DNA of 64,000 nt, taken from NCBI GenBank assembly GCA_025055635.1, contig JANWWQ010000007.1:1711-65710 (forward strand). The letters are read 5' to 3'. The notes under the pieces were generated by a model that was not told the DNA's origin, searched no databases, and saw only the letters and a program-made list of their open reading frames with translations. The number at the start of each line of letters is the position of its first letter. Within the stretch, counting starts at the first letter, position 1. Positions 1-7,976 of the stretch are shown piece by piece. The position numbers and the translations under genes were made by a program. The DNA is from Flavobacteriales bacterium. GTDB taxonomy: Bacteria; Bacteroidota; Bacteroidia; CAIKAF01.

Positions 1-63
1 TATAAAATCAAAGGCCTTAAAAATAAATATTTTGGTTTAGAGGCCTGGTTCCACGGCGATAAA

Positions 64-447
64 TTGCTGGATGATTTTCAGAAACTGATTGGGGGCGGCT
101 CCCCCGCAGAAAAGGCCGCTTCGCGCCGAGGGCGTAAAGCTAAAGAAGCTGCCAAAGCCGAAGCAGCCACCTCCACTAAAGGCAAAGGCCGGCGAGGTCG
201 CAAAAAGGGTTCCGAAGTAAAAGCCGAAACAACAGAAAAAGCTAAAACCAGGGAGAAGAAAAAATCTAAGGCCAGTACCGCCACTAAAACGAGGGCAGAA
301 AAGAAAGCAAAATCCGCTGCAAAACCTAAAAAATCCAGAAAAGCCGCCGAACGTAAAAACGAAAAAATTGAAGCCCCAGAAACACCAGCTCCAACCACAA
401 CACCCTCCGCATCCGCTTCTTCACAGGAAACTAGTGCCACCACCTGA
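64..447 (+). CDS. Lys/Ala-rich histone H1-like nucleoid protein (low-complexity basic protein)
   Basis: 127 aa, about 30% Lys and 20% Ala, with KKAK/AKK repeats typical of bacterial H1/Hc1-like proteins. A strong rho-independent terminator lies just downstream on the same strand. The ORF uses a TTG start; no upstream ATG exists. Confidence 0.5.
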   Translation: MLDDFQKLIGGGSPAEKAASRRGRKAKEAAKAEAATSTKGKGRRGRKKGSEVKAETTEKAKTREKKKSKASTATKTRAEKKAKSAAKPKKSRKAAERKNEKIEAPETPAPTTTPSASASSQETSATT

Positions 448-480
448 TCCTGTGTTCCACATATAATAGCGCTTTAAATA

Positions 481-513
481 AGAAGCCCGCCGCAGAGCGG
501 GCTTCTTATTTTT
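481..513 (+). terminator. rho-independent terminator (10-bp perfect stem agaagcccgc / gcgggcttct plus T-run)
   Basis: A perfect 10-bp inverted repeat with a 7-nt loop is followed by tatttttg, right after the H1-like ORF. Confidence 0.6.
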
Positions 514-522
514 GCAACGCCC

Positions 523-1284
523 ATGCGTCCATTAATAGGCTTTTTAACCTTTTTCGCTTTCTGCTCTCACGCCAGGCCTCAGGCACAGATCTTTCTGCTG
601 AAGTCTGAAAAATTAAAATTAAAAGGGGATAACTATTTTTATGAAGATGACAGCCTACAGATCACATTTGCCTTCTGGGCTGAAAAAGGCGCATTTAATT
701 TTAAAATACAAAACAAACTGAACCAGCCCATTTATATTGACTGGTTTCATACAGTACTTATGGCGGGTGCCTATAAGCTAGACTATTTTTCTCAGGATAC
801 TTCAGCTGACTTCCGGGCTTTCACATATACTGGACCGGTGGATAATACCTGGTTTGGAACCGGATACGGAAACGACAATGTGCTGCCACGCGTGGTACAT
901 AACGAAAGAAAAACTTTTCTCCCTGCCAAAACCGCATATTATAGTTTTAATCGGAGGGTATTTCATATTTTACCTATAGACTATTTCACCATTCCTGAAC
1001 GATGTGAGCGTTCCTATGAACAGCCCCACAGTGGCCGCGGTAAACCAGTGCTGGTGCTCTCTAAATCATGGAGCCGCCGGGAAAGCCCGCTCACCCTCAA
1101 ATTTTTCATTACGATTTGCCGTGATGAAAACTTAACCCAATGCCGCACACTGGATTTTGAATTTTTCTTGACACAGTTCTTTGAATGTCCCCAGGAACAT
1201 TTCAGAGGGCGATTGACCAGCGAGGGTTATACGTTCCCTTACCGCAGGCAGGACTCTTTTTACATTCTTTATCCCGAAAAATAA
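523..1284 (+). CDS. hypothetical secreted protein
   Basis: 253 aa. It has an N-terminal hydrophobic signal-like segment (MRPLIGFLTFFAFCSHA). I recognise no domain. Confidence 0.45.
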   Translation: MRPLIGFLTFFAFCSHARPQAQIFLLKSEKLKLKGDNYFYEDDSLQITFAFWAEKGAFNFKIQNKLNQPIYIDWFHTVLMAGAYKLDYFSQDTSADFRAFTYTGPVDNTWFGTGYGNDNVLPRVVHNERKTFLPAKTAYYSFNRRVFHILPIDYFTIPERCERSYEQPHSGRGKPVLVLSKSWSRRESPLTLKFFITICRDENLTQCRTLDFEFFLTQFFECPQEHFRGRLTSEGYTFPYRRQDSFYILYPEK

Positions 1285-1285
1285 A

Positions 1286-2056
1286 CTACGGTGCAATGGT
1301 TGAAAGACACCTCTTGTACATGGCTACTGTATTCTGCAGACCGTACCAGAGGGCATCGGAAATGAGGGCATGACCGATAGAAACTTCCCGCAATCCGGGT
1401 AAGTGGGCCGCCAAATAGGAAAGATTGTGCAGGTTCAGATCGTGGCCCGCATGCACAAAAAGGCCGAATTCCCTAGCTTTCAAAGCTGTTTCCTTATAGG
1501 GTTCAAGAGCTTTGCGGCCCTCTTCAGGACTACGAGCCCAGGCTGCGGCATAGGGTTCGGTATACAGCTCCACCGCATGGGCACCCGTACGGGCAGCCCA
1601 TTCAACCTGCTGTGGATCGGCATTAATAAAAATACTCACGCGTACGGGAATAGATTTCAGGCGCGCTACCACTTCGGACAAAAAGGATATGTTCGTTTTG
1701 CAGTCCCACCCTGTGTTTGAAGTGAGAACATTAGGAGGATCAGGCACTAGCGTAACCTGGGTGGGTTTCACTTCTTCCATCATTTGTAGAAAATGTTCCG
1801 AAGGATACCCTTCCACATTGAATTCGCCCAGTATTATTTCCTTAAGAGCATACACATCGCTGCGCCGAATATGGCGTTCATCCGGACGAGGATGGACCGT
1901 GATGCCATCGGCACCATAGCTTTCAATGGCCCGGGCACAGGCCAGTACATCTGGTATCTGGCCACCACGGGAGTTGCGCAGCGTAGCAATTTTATTCACG
2001 TTCACGCTCAGGCGCACCATCGGGTCAAATGTAACAGCCTGCCGCGCTGTTTTCAA
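1286..2056 (-). CDS. pdxJ: pyridoxine 5'-phosphate synthase
   Basis: 256 aa. The N-terminus RLSVNVNKIATLRNSRGG and its overall length are typical of PdxJ. Confidence 0.9.
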   Translation of the reverse strand: MKTARQAVTFDPMVRLSVNVNKIATLRNSRGGQIPDVLACARAIESYGADGITVHPRPDERHIRRSDVYALKEIILGEFNVEGYPSEHFLQMMEEVKPTQVTLVPDPPNVLTSNTGWDCKTNISFLSEVVARLKSIPVRVSIFINADPQQVEWAARTGAHAVELYTEPYAAAWARSPEEGRKALEPYKETALKAREFGLFVHAGHDLNLHNLSYLAAHLPGLREVSIGHALISDALWYGLQNTVAMYKRCLSTIAP

Positions 2057-2087
2057 AAATTACCTTCACCTTTGCATCCGTACTTTT

Positions 2088-3446
2088 ATGGAATGGGTTG
2101 TTAAGATTGGGCAATTTTTACTCAGCTTATCCCTGTTGGTGGTGCTACATGAATTGGGCCACTTTGTGGCAGCACACATGTTCGGAACGAGGGTGGAAAA
2201 ATTCTTCCTGTTCTTCGACTACAAATTCGCCTTATTCAAGAAAAAAATCGGTCACACTGTCTGGGGTATCGGATGGATTCCGTTAGGGGGATATGTAAAA
2301 ATAGCCGGCATGGTGGACGAAAGCCTGGACAAGGCTCAGCTGGCCATGCCCCCCCAACCCTGGGAATTCCGTTCAAAAAAAGCATGGCAACGTCTAATCA
2401 TTGTTCTAGGAGGCATCTTCGTAAATGTGCTCTTAGCGGTCGTCATCTTCATCTTCATGGCCTGGATATATGGAGAAGCCTACCTGCCCATGTCAGAACT
2501 GCGGGATGGCATCTTTGTGGTCAACGAGGAAGCGGGAGAAGCCCTGGGCTTGCGGCACGGCGATAAAATCCTTTCCATTGGGGACCGAGCCATTGACAAT
2601 TTTGGCGAAGTCAACAAGGAAATCCTGTATAGTGGCGGAAAAAATATTCTGGTGGAACGGCAAGGCCAGAAAATCATACTTTCAGCTCCTGAGGACATCG
2701 CGCAAGTCATTATGCGCACAGGAATTCCAGAAGTAGTGGCGCCACGCCTCCCCTTTTTTATTGGAGGATTCTCTGATTCTATTCCCTTTGCTCGGCAGGC
2801 CGGTCTTCAAGTGAAAGACCACATCATCGGAGTCAACCACCAGACCATCCGGTATTTTGATGAGTTTAAATCCATGCTGCCACAATACGCCGGCGATTCA
2901 GTTGTAATTCATTATGTGCGGGCCGGCGATACCCTTTCCACCACCTGTTTTGTCAGCTCTTCAGGGCTCATCGGGGCCATACTGGGAAACCTAAGCATAC
3001 AGGATCTCCATCGCCTAGGCTATTATTCTATTCACACACAACGCTACAGCTTTATGAAGGCAATACCGCAGGGCCTACGTATGGCCAGCAATATGCTGGG
3101 AGAATACATCCGACAATTCCGCCTCATCTTTACCTCGGAAGGTGTGAAACAGGTGGGAAGCCTGGGAACCATGCTGAAAATGTTTCCGACCACCTGGGAT
3201 TGGCAGGCTTTCTGGCGACTTACAGCTTTTCTGAGTCTTGTATTAGCTTTTGTGAACCTTTTACCTATCCCAGCGCTGGACGGTGGGCATGCTATGTTTA
3301 TCATTTATGAACTGATCACTGGCAAAAAACCTTCGGATAAGTTTCTTGAGCGCGCCCAAACAGTGGGAATGGTGTTGCTACTGATTTTGATGGCCTATGC
3401 TCTTGGTAATGATATCTTTAGAGCTCTGAGGGGTACATTATTTTGA
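2088..3446 (+). CDS. rseP: RIP metalloprotease RseP (site-2 protease, M50 family)
   Basis: HELGHF zincin motif sits in the first TM helix, followed by a PDZ-like region and a C-terminal LDGG motif. I moved the start to the ATG at 2088 (MEWVVKIG), because the ORF-track start at 1926 would overlap the divergent pdxJ. Confidence 0.85.
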   Translation: MEWVVKIGQFLLSLSLLVVLHELGHFVAAHMFGTRVEKFFLFFDYKFALFKKKIGHTVWGIGWIPLGGYVKIAGMVDESLDKAQLAMPPQPWEFRSKKAWQRLIIVLGGIFVNVLLAVVIFIFMAWIYGEAYLPMSELRDGIFVVNEEAGEALGLRHGDKILSIGDRAIDNFGEVNKEILYSGGKNILVERQGQKIILSAPEDIAQVIMRTGIPEVVAPRLPFFIGGFSDSIPFARQAGLQVKDHIIGVNHQTIRYFDEFKSMLPQYAGDSVVIHYVRAGDTLSTTCFVSSSGLIGAILGNLSIQDLHRLGYYSIHTQRYSFMKAIPQGLRMASNMLGEYIRQFRLIFTSEGVKQVGSLGTMLKMFPTTWDWQAFWRLTAFLSLVLAFVNLLPIPALDGGHAMFIIYELITGKKPSDKFLERAQTVGMVLLLILMAYALGNDIFRALRGTLF

Positions 3447-3589
3447 AACTAGTTTTTCCCTGGTTTTATTAAATTGCTGAAGCATACAGGTGTTCAAGTT
3501 TGGATCGATCTTAAAGCCTCAATAGCCTCTTGTTTTAGATCAATTCCTTAGCGCTACTTAGGGCCATCAACTTTCATACCTTAGGGGCC

Positions 3590-4147
3590 ATGAAGGTATA
3601 TACGCGCAAGGGCGACAAAGGCACTACGCAGTTGTTTGGAGGGGCTCGTGTGCCCAAGCACCATGTACGCATAGAAGCTTATGGTACGGTAGATGAGCTG
3701 AACAGTTTCATTGGCTGGCTGCGGGACCAAATCAATGATGAATCCGTGCGAGAAGAGCTTCTTATCATTCAAAATGAGCTTTTTGTAGCCGGAAGCATCC
3801 TGGCTTCCCAGCCTGGAAAAAATAAACTGCAAGTCCCCACGCTGGAAAAAAACTCCGTAACGCGGCTGGAACAAGCCATTGATGCAATGGACGCGCATTT
3901 GGAGCCGCTGCGGTACTTTATTTTACCTGGCGGCCATCCGGCTGTTAGTGCAGCCCACCTATGCCGCACTATTTGCCGAAGGGCAGAGCGGTGCGTGACT
4001 TCTTTGGGAGAGACGGAGCCCGATACAGTGCCTCCGGTTATTTTGGAATATCTAAATAGGTTGTCGGATTATTTTTTTGTACTTGCGCGTCACCTGGCCC
4101 GTTTGCTCAGTGTACCAGAAATCCCGTGGATTCCTCAAAAGAAATAA
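3590..4147 (+). CDS. ATP:cob(I)alamin adenosyltransferase, PduO/MMAB type
   Basis: 185 aa. MKVYTRKGDKGTTQLFGG is the hallmark N-terminus of PduO-type adenosyltransferases. Confidence 0.85.
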   Translation: MKVYTRKGDKGTTQLFGGARVPKHHVRIEAYGTVDELNSFIGWLRDQINDESVREELLIIQNELFVAGSILASQPGKNKLQVPTLEKNSVTRLEQAIDAMDAHLEPLRYFILPGGHPAVSAAHLCRTICRRAERCVTSLGETEPDTVPPVILEYLNRLSDYFFVLARHLARLLSVPEIPWIPQKK

Positions 4148-4213
4148 AAATATTTGGATATTTCAAGAAAATGACAAATTTGCCTTTTTAAGGAATTAAT
4201 AATTCAAACCACA

Positions 4214-5887
4214 ATGGCACAAAATAAGGAACAATGGGGGTCGCGGATAGGCCTCATCCTTGCCATGGCCGGCAATGCCGTGGGCCTGGGTAATTTTCTA
4301 CGATTTCCGGTAAAAGCTGTTGAAAATGGTGGAGGAGCGTTTATTATTCCTTATCTGGTGTGTTTTCTGCTAATGGGCATCCCCCTATTATGGATTGAAT
4401 GGAGCATGGGCCGGTTTGGGGGACGTTTTGGACATCACTCCACGCCTTTCATTATGGCTAGCATGGACCCGAGCCGTCAGTTTTGGAAATACATTGGCGT
4501 TTTCGGGATTTTCACCAACATCGGGGTGGCTGCCTACTATTGCTATATTGAAAGCTGGACGCTTAGCTATGTTGTGCACAGCATCAAACGCTCTTTTGCA
4601 GGCCTAAGTCAATTGGAAGTGGCTCAATTCTTCAACGATTATGTGGGAATGCGTGAGAGCGCTCTGGGCTTGCCTTATGAGGCTGTGGTTTTTTATATCT
4701 TATGCCTCTTGTTGAACACCTACATTCTGTCGCAGGGACTTTCAGGGGTAGAAAAAGTAGCTAAGGTGGGCATGCCTCTGTTGATACTTTTTGGGTTTTT
4801 TCTGGCTTTTCGGGGTCTTACATTGGGCACTTCAGGAGCTAGCCCGGAAGTGCCCCATGCCAATGCCTGGGATGGAATTAATTTTCTATGGACTCCCCAA
4901 TACGATAGTCTTTTAAATCCTAAAGTGTGGTTGGAGGCCGCAGGTCAGATTTTCTTCACCCTATCCGTTGGCATGGGCACGGTTCACTGCTATGCTTCCT
5001 ATTTAAACCGCTATGATGATATCGCGCTGAATTCAGTAAGTGCCGGCTTCACCAATGAATTTGTGGAGGTGGTGTTGGGCAGTTCTATTGTGATACCCAT
5101 AGCGGCCGGATACCTGGGCCTGGATTGGGTGCGGGAAAACGCGGGGTTTGGCATGGCATTCCAAACGATGCCTTACCTATTTGAAAAGTGGGGCCCAGGG
5201 CTGGCTGTAGCCGGCGGGGTGATGTGGTTCGGGTTATTGTTTTTTGCGGGAATTACCTCCTCATTGGCCATGGGTACGCCCTGGATGGGATTTATGCACG
5301 ACGAGTATGGCTGGAACCGCCAAAAGGCGGCATGGTCCTTCGGAGCTATCACACTGCTGATGGGGTTACCCACCGTATTCTTTTTTGAATATGGAGTGTT
5401 TGATGAATACGACCAATGGGCAGGTACCTTCTCCCTGGTGGTGTTTGCATTGTTTGAAGTGATTTTGTTTTCCTGGGTTTTCGGAGTGGATAAAGGATGG
5501 AAGGAATTGACTACGGGTGCTGACATTCACCTGCCGACCATGTATAAATTCGTTTTGCGCTACATCACCCCTTTGTTGCTTCTGTTCGTGTTTGTTGGGT
5601 CGGTGTTTAAACCTCTGAACAACGATTGGCAGGGCGCTTTTTACGCACTGGCATCTGGAGATGGCTGGCCTCTGGACAATGGGTCGCTGCTGCGTATGAT
5701 TTCTAACGCCGGCCTCCACGAACAAATACAAACGGCCAGTACACCGGAAATGAGAGCCCACCTGGAGAAAAAGCTGCAATTCACCAACCTGGCCCGTATT
5801 CTACTGTTAGGTTTGTTTATTTTTATAGCTTTACTCGTACGAAAGGCCTATTATCGCAACCATCGAAAATCTTTATTACAAGTATGA
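4214..5887 (+). CDS. sodium-dependent transporter, NSS/SNF family
   Basis: 557 aa, polytopic. The N-terminal motif WGSRIGLILAMAGNAVGLGNFLRFP is characteristic of neurotransmitter:sodium symporter family proteins. Confidence 0.85.
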   Translation: MAQNKEQWGSRIGLILAMAGNAVGLGNFLRFPVKAVENGGGAFIIPYLVCFLLMGIPLLWIEWSMGRFGGRFGHHSTPFIMASMDPSRQFWKYIGVFGIFTNIGVAAYYCYIESWTLSYVVHSIKRSFAGLSQLEVAQFFNDYVGMRESALGLPYEAVVFYILCLLLNTYILSQGLSGVEKVAKVGMPLLILFGFFLAFRGLTLGTSGASPEVPHANAWDGINFLWTPQYDSLLNPKVWLEAAGQIFFTLSVGMGTVHCYASYLNRYDDIALNSVSAGFTNEFVEVVLGSSIVIPIAAGYLGLDWVRENAGFGMAFQTMPYLFEKWGPGLAVAGGVMWFGLLFFAGITSSLAMGTPWMGFMHDEYGWNRQKAAWSFGAITLLMGLPTVFFFEYGVFDEYDQWAGTFSLVVFALFEVILFSWVFGVDKGWKELTTGADIHLPTMYKFVLRYITPLLLLFVFVGSVFKPLNNDWQGAFYALASGDGWPLDNGSLLRMISNAGLHEQIQTASTPEMRAHLEKKLQFTNLARILLLGLFIFIALLVRKAYYRNHRKSLLQV

Positions 5888-6039
5888 ATACCTCTGCATT
5901 TCTTATGATGGTAGGCACCATGACTCTGGTAAGCGCCTTCACCTTGTATTTTTTCTTCAAAGTGATGCGAGCTCCTATGCATAAGAGGGAGCATAGGCAC
6001 TTGCCCGACCCGGCCGATTTTGGTCGACACGAAATGTAG
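5884..6039 (+). CDS. small single-TM protein, candidate MetS-like NSS transporter small subunit
   Basis: A 51-codon ORF (MNTSAFLMMVGTMTLVSAFTLYFFFKVMRAPMHKREHRHLPDPADFGRHEM) overlaps the NSS stop in an ATGA arrangement. It has one hydrophobic helix and a basic tail. It is absent from the ORF track because it is under 60 aa. Confidence 0.45.
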   Translation: MNTSAFLMMVGTMTLVSAFTLYFFFKVMRAPMHKREHRHLPDPADFGRHEM

Positions 6040-6045
6040 GTCCCT

Positions 6046-7005
6046 GTGACCCCTTTAAAGCGCCTTCTCAGGAGCATCACGGAAATCAACCAAAATGAGC
6101 GCCGTGGTCTTCTTTTGCTCACTCTCCTGCTTGCAGCAATAATCTTGGCCCGCCATGGTGTGGGCCGCTTCTTACGGCCATCCCTCCATGTAAAAACGGA
6201 ATATGTGCTGTTGAAGGAGCTTGATTCCTTAAAAAATTCCAGGGTTGACAGCTTGGAAGCAGATGTTTGGCAAAGGCATCGGAGCCAATCAGAACCACTG
6301 TACAATCAAAACCGGACTCCTTCGGTCTTCCCATTCAACCCCAACACGCTGGACTCAGCCGGATGGGTACAGCTGGGACTTAGTCCACGTCAAACGGCAG
6401 CTCTGTTGAAATATAGAAGGAAAGGAGGCCGATTTCGCAGTGCAGAAGATCTCAAAAAGTTGTATGTGGTAGATGAAGATTTTTATCAGCGGGTGGCCCC
6501 TTACATCAGGCTTGATACGGATTCCTTAAAGCCTAAAGTCACTTTTGATTCTATAAGGATTGATGAAAGGCATGTTACGAAAAAGTCCTTTAAAAAAGTA
6601 AACAGCCAAAAACTTGTGAACCTGAATGATGCTTCGGCCTCTGAATTAACCCGCATTCCTGGTATTGATGAGGCTCTAGCCCAACGCATCATTGAATACC
6701 GCAATAAGGTAGGGGGATTCACATCCGTCCAGCAACTGTTTAAAATACGGGAGCCAGAACCGGGCTTTTGGGAGCGCGTTTTGCCCTACTTTACTGTGGG
6801 GGATTTTCCCTCCCCAAAGGTTAATATCAACTATGCCACCGAAGAGGAACTCATACGGTTGCCTTTGATTGGTCGGACCCGTGCCCGTGCCCTTAAAGAA
6901 GCCAGGCAGAGAGATGGTTTTTTTAGATCACTTTACGACCTTCGTCAAAGAAAAGTACTTCCTGACAGCGTTGTAGATGTCATCCAACACCTTATTGAAT
7001 TCTGA
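6046..7005 (+). CDS. helix-hairpin-helix (ComEA-like) DNA-binding protein with three HhH modules
   Basis: 319 aa, N-terminal TM anchor, GTG start. It carries three repeats of the pattern N..A(S/T)..EL..(I/L)PGIG...A..I(I/L)..R...G.F.S...L, which is diagnostic of ComEA-type HhH domains. Confidence 0.6.
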   Translation: MTPLKRLLRSITEINQNERRGLLLLTLLLAAIILARHGVGRFLRPSLHVKTEYVLLKELDSLKNSRVDSLEADVWQRHRSQSEPLYNQNRTPSVFPFNPNTLDSAGWVQLGLSPRQTAALLKYRRKGGRFRSAEDLKKLYVVDEDFYQRVAPYIRLDTDSLKPKVTFDSIRIDERHVTKKSFKKVNSQKLVNLNDASASELTRIPGIDEALAQRIIEYRNKVGGFTSVQQLFKIREPEPGFWERVLPYFTVGDFPSPKVNINYATEEELIRLPLIGRTRARALKEARQRDGFFRSLYDLRQRKVLPDSVVDVIQHLIEF

Positions 7006-7540
7006 AGAAGCCAGGCTAAGAGCGGATTTTTTATCCTGCCTGCGTACAGTGGAAAACTTTCCCCAACCAGGCATTAAATTTCGTGATATCATGCCTGTGT
7101 TGCGCAATCCATCGCTGTGCAGAAGATTACTGGACTGGCTGGAGCAACAAGCCCGAGAAATGCAACCCGATGCCGTGGCCGCCATAGAATCAAGGGGATT
7201 TTTCTTTGGCTTCGCCCTGGCTCAAAGACTTGAAGTCCCCTTCGTACCCTTGAGAAAACAGGGGAAACTGCCCACTGAAACCTTCAAAGCCTCGTACAGT
7301 CTGGAATACGGAGAGGCTATTCTAGAAATGCAAAAAGACGCCTTGTGCCCTGGCTGGCGTGTGGTGGTTCACGATGACCTTATGGCAACGGGTGGCACCC
7401 TATTAGCGGCACAGGATTTGCTGACACAGGCATCATGTAGAGCGGTTGGTTTCCTAGTATTTACACGTCTCCTACTTCCTGGTCCACCATTGATCGGAGG
7501 AGACAATGAGACTGTAGTGAGGTATCTTATTGAGCTATAA
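6977..7540 (+). CDS. apt: adenine phosphoribosyltransferase
   Basis: Motifs FPQPGIKFRDIMPVL and VVVHDDLMATGGTLLAA (PRPP-binding) are present. The start is uncertain because it overlaps the preceding ORF by 29 nt. Confidence 0.85.
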   Translation: MSSNTLLNSEEARLRADFLSCLRTVENFPQPGIKFRDIMPVLRNPSLCRRLLDWLEQQAREMQPDAVAAIESRGFFFGFALAQRLEVPFVPLRKQGKLPTETFKASYSLEYGEAILEMQKDALCPGWRVVVHDDLMATGGTLLAAQDLLTQASCRAVGFLVFTRLLLPGPPLIGGDNETVVRYLIEL

Positions 7541-7761
7541 ATTAACTTTTTTTATAATACAATTTTAAGATAAGTTATCAAAAATATTGATTTTTAGTTA
7601 TTTAAATGAATAAATTTTATGATAATTTTTTATTCTTATCAAAATTAGCATGTTATGTAAATAATATAATGGTTTAGTTCATTTGAGAAATAAATTTTAT
7701 GCTAAAAAAATTTAATTTTTTTTATGTTTGTTCTATAAATTACTCTTTTTCAATGCATTTT

Positions 7762-7769
7762 TAATTTTG
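7762..7769 (+). promoter_or_regulatory. candidate Bacteroidetes -7 promoter box (TAATTTTG, matches TAnnTTTG)
   Basis: An exact match to the Bacteroidetes sigma-A -7 consensus lies immediately upstream of the hairpin-plus-terminator region before dnaX. No well-spaced -33 TTG was seen. Confidence 0.25.
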
Positions 7770-7775
7770 TGAAAA

Positions 7776-7937
7776 AAATTAGTTTTGGCAGCATCTTTGT
7801 GTAATCTCTTAGCGTATGTTTGTGTTGCAATTACATCATCGTTCTCATACCTATCCATTGATGTAATTGCTGGTTGTTTTCATAGCAGTTGTTTTTGGGC
7901 GAGCGCAGGGTTGTGTATGCAACCCTGCGTTTTTTTT
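7776..7937 (+). ncRNA. candidate ~160-nt structured transcript or leader upstream of dnaX
   Basis: It contains a 12-bp perfect inverted repeat (gcaattacatca ... tgatgtaattgc, about 7826-7869) and ends in a strong intrinsic terminator at 7904-7937. No ORF occupies the region. No conserved SRP RNA domain IV motif was found. Confidence 0.25.
7904..7937 (+). terminator. rho-independent terminator (cgcagggttg / caaccctgcg plus T8)
   Basis: A 10-bp perfect stem with a 6-nt loop is followed by tttttttt, ending about 40 nt before the dnaX start codon. Confidence 0.6.
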
Positions 7938-7976
7938 ATGTGAGGCAGGAAAAGAAGATTTAACTTCGCTGGCAGA

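Noticed and set aside
78-443. Minus-strand 121-aa ORF opposite the Lys-rich gene
   Set aside because: It is a shadow ORF of a low-complexity repeat region. The plus-strand gene is supported by a downstream terminator in the correct orientation.
3560-3600. Hairpin ATACCTT-n10-AAGGTAT spanning the start codon of the cobalamin adenosyltransferase gene; possible translational occlusion
   Set aside because: The stem is short, AT-rich and weak. No cobalamin riboswitch features, such as a B12 box, are seen upstream.
5823-6305. 160-aa minus-strand ORF spanning the NSS / ComEA-like junction
   Set aside because: It overlaps two better-supported plus-strand genes and has no recognisable features.
7776-7937. 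SRP (4.5S/ffs) RNA, which often sits directly upstream of dnaX
   Set aside because: Neither strand contains the conserved domain IV sequence (GGAAG...AGCAGC, or the GNRA-capped helix 8). I therefore kept it only as an unassigned structured element.
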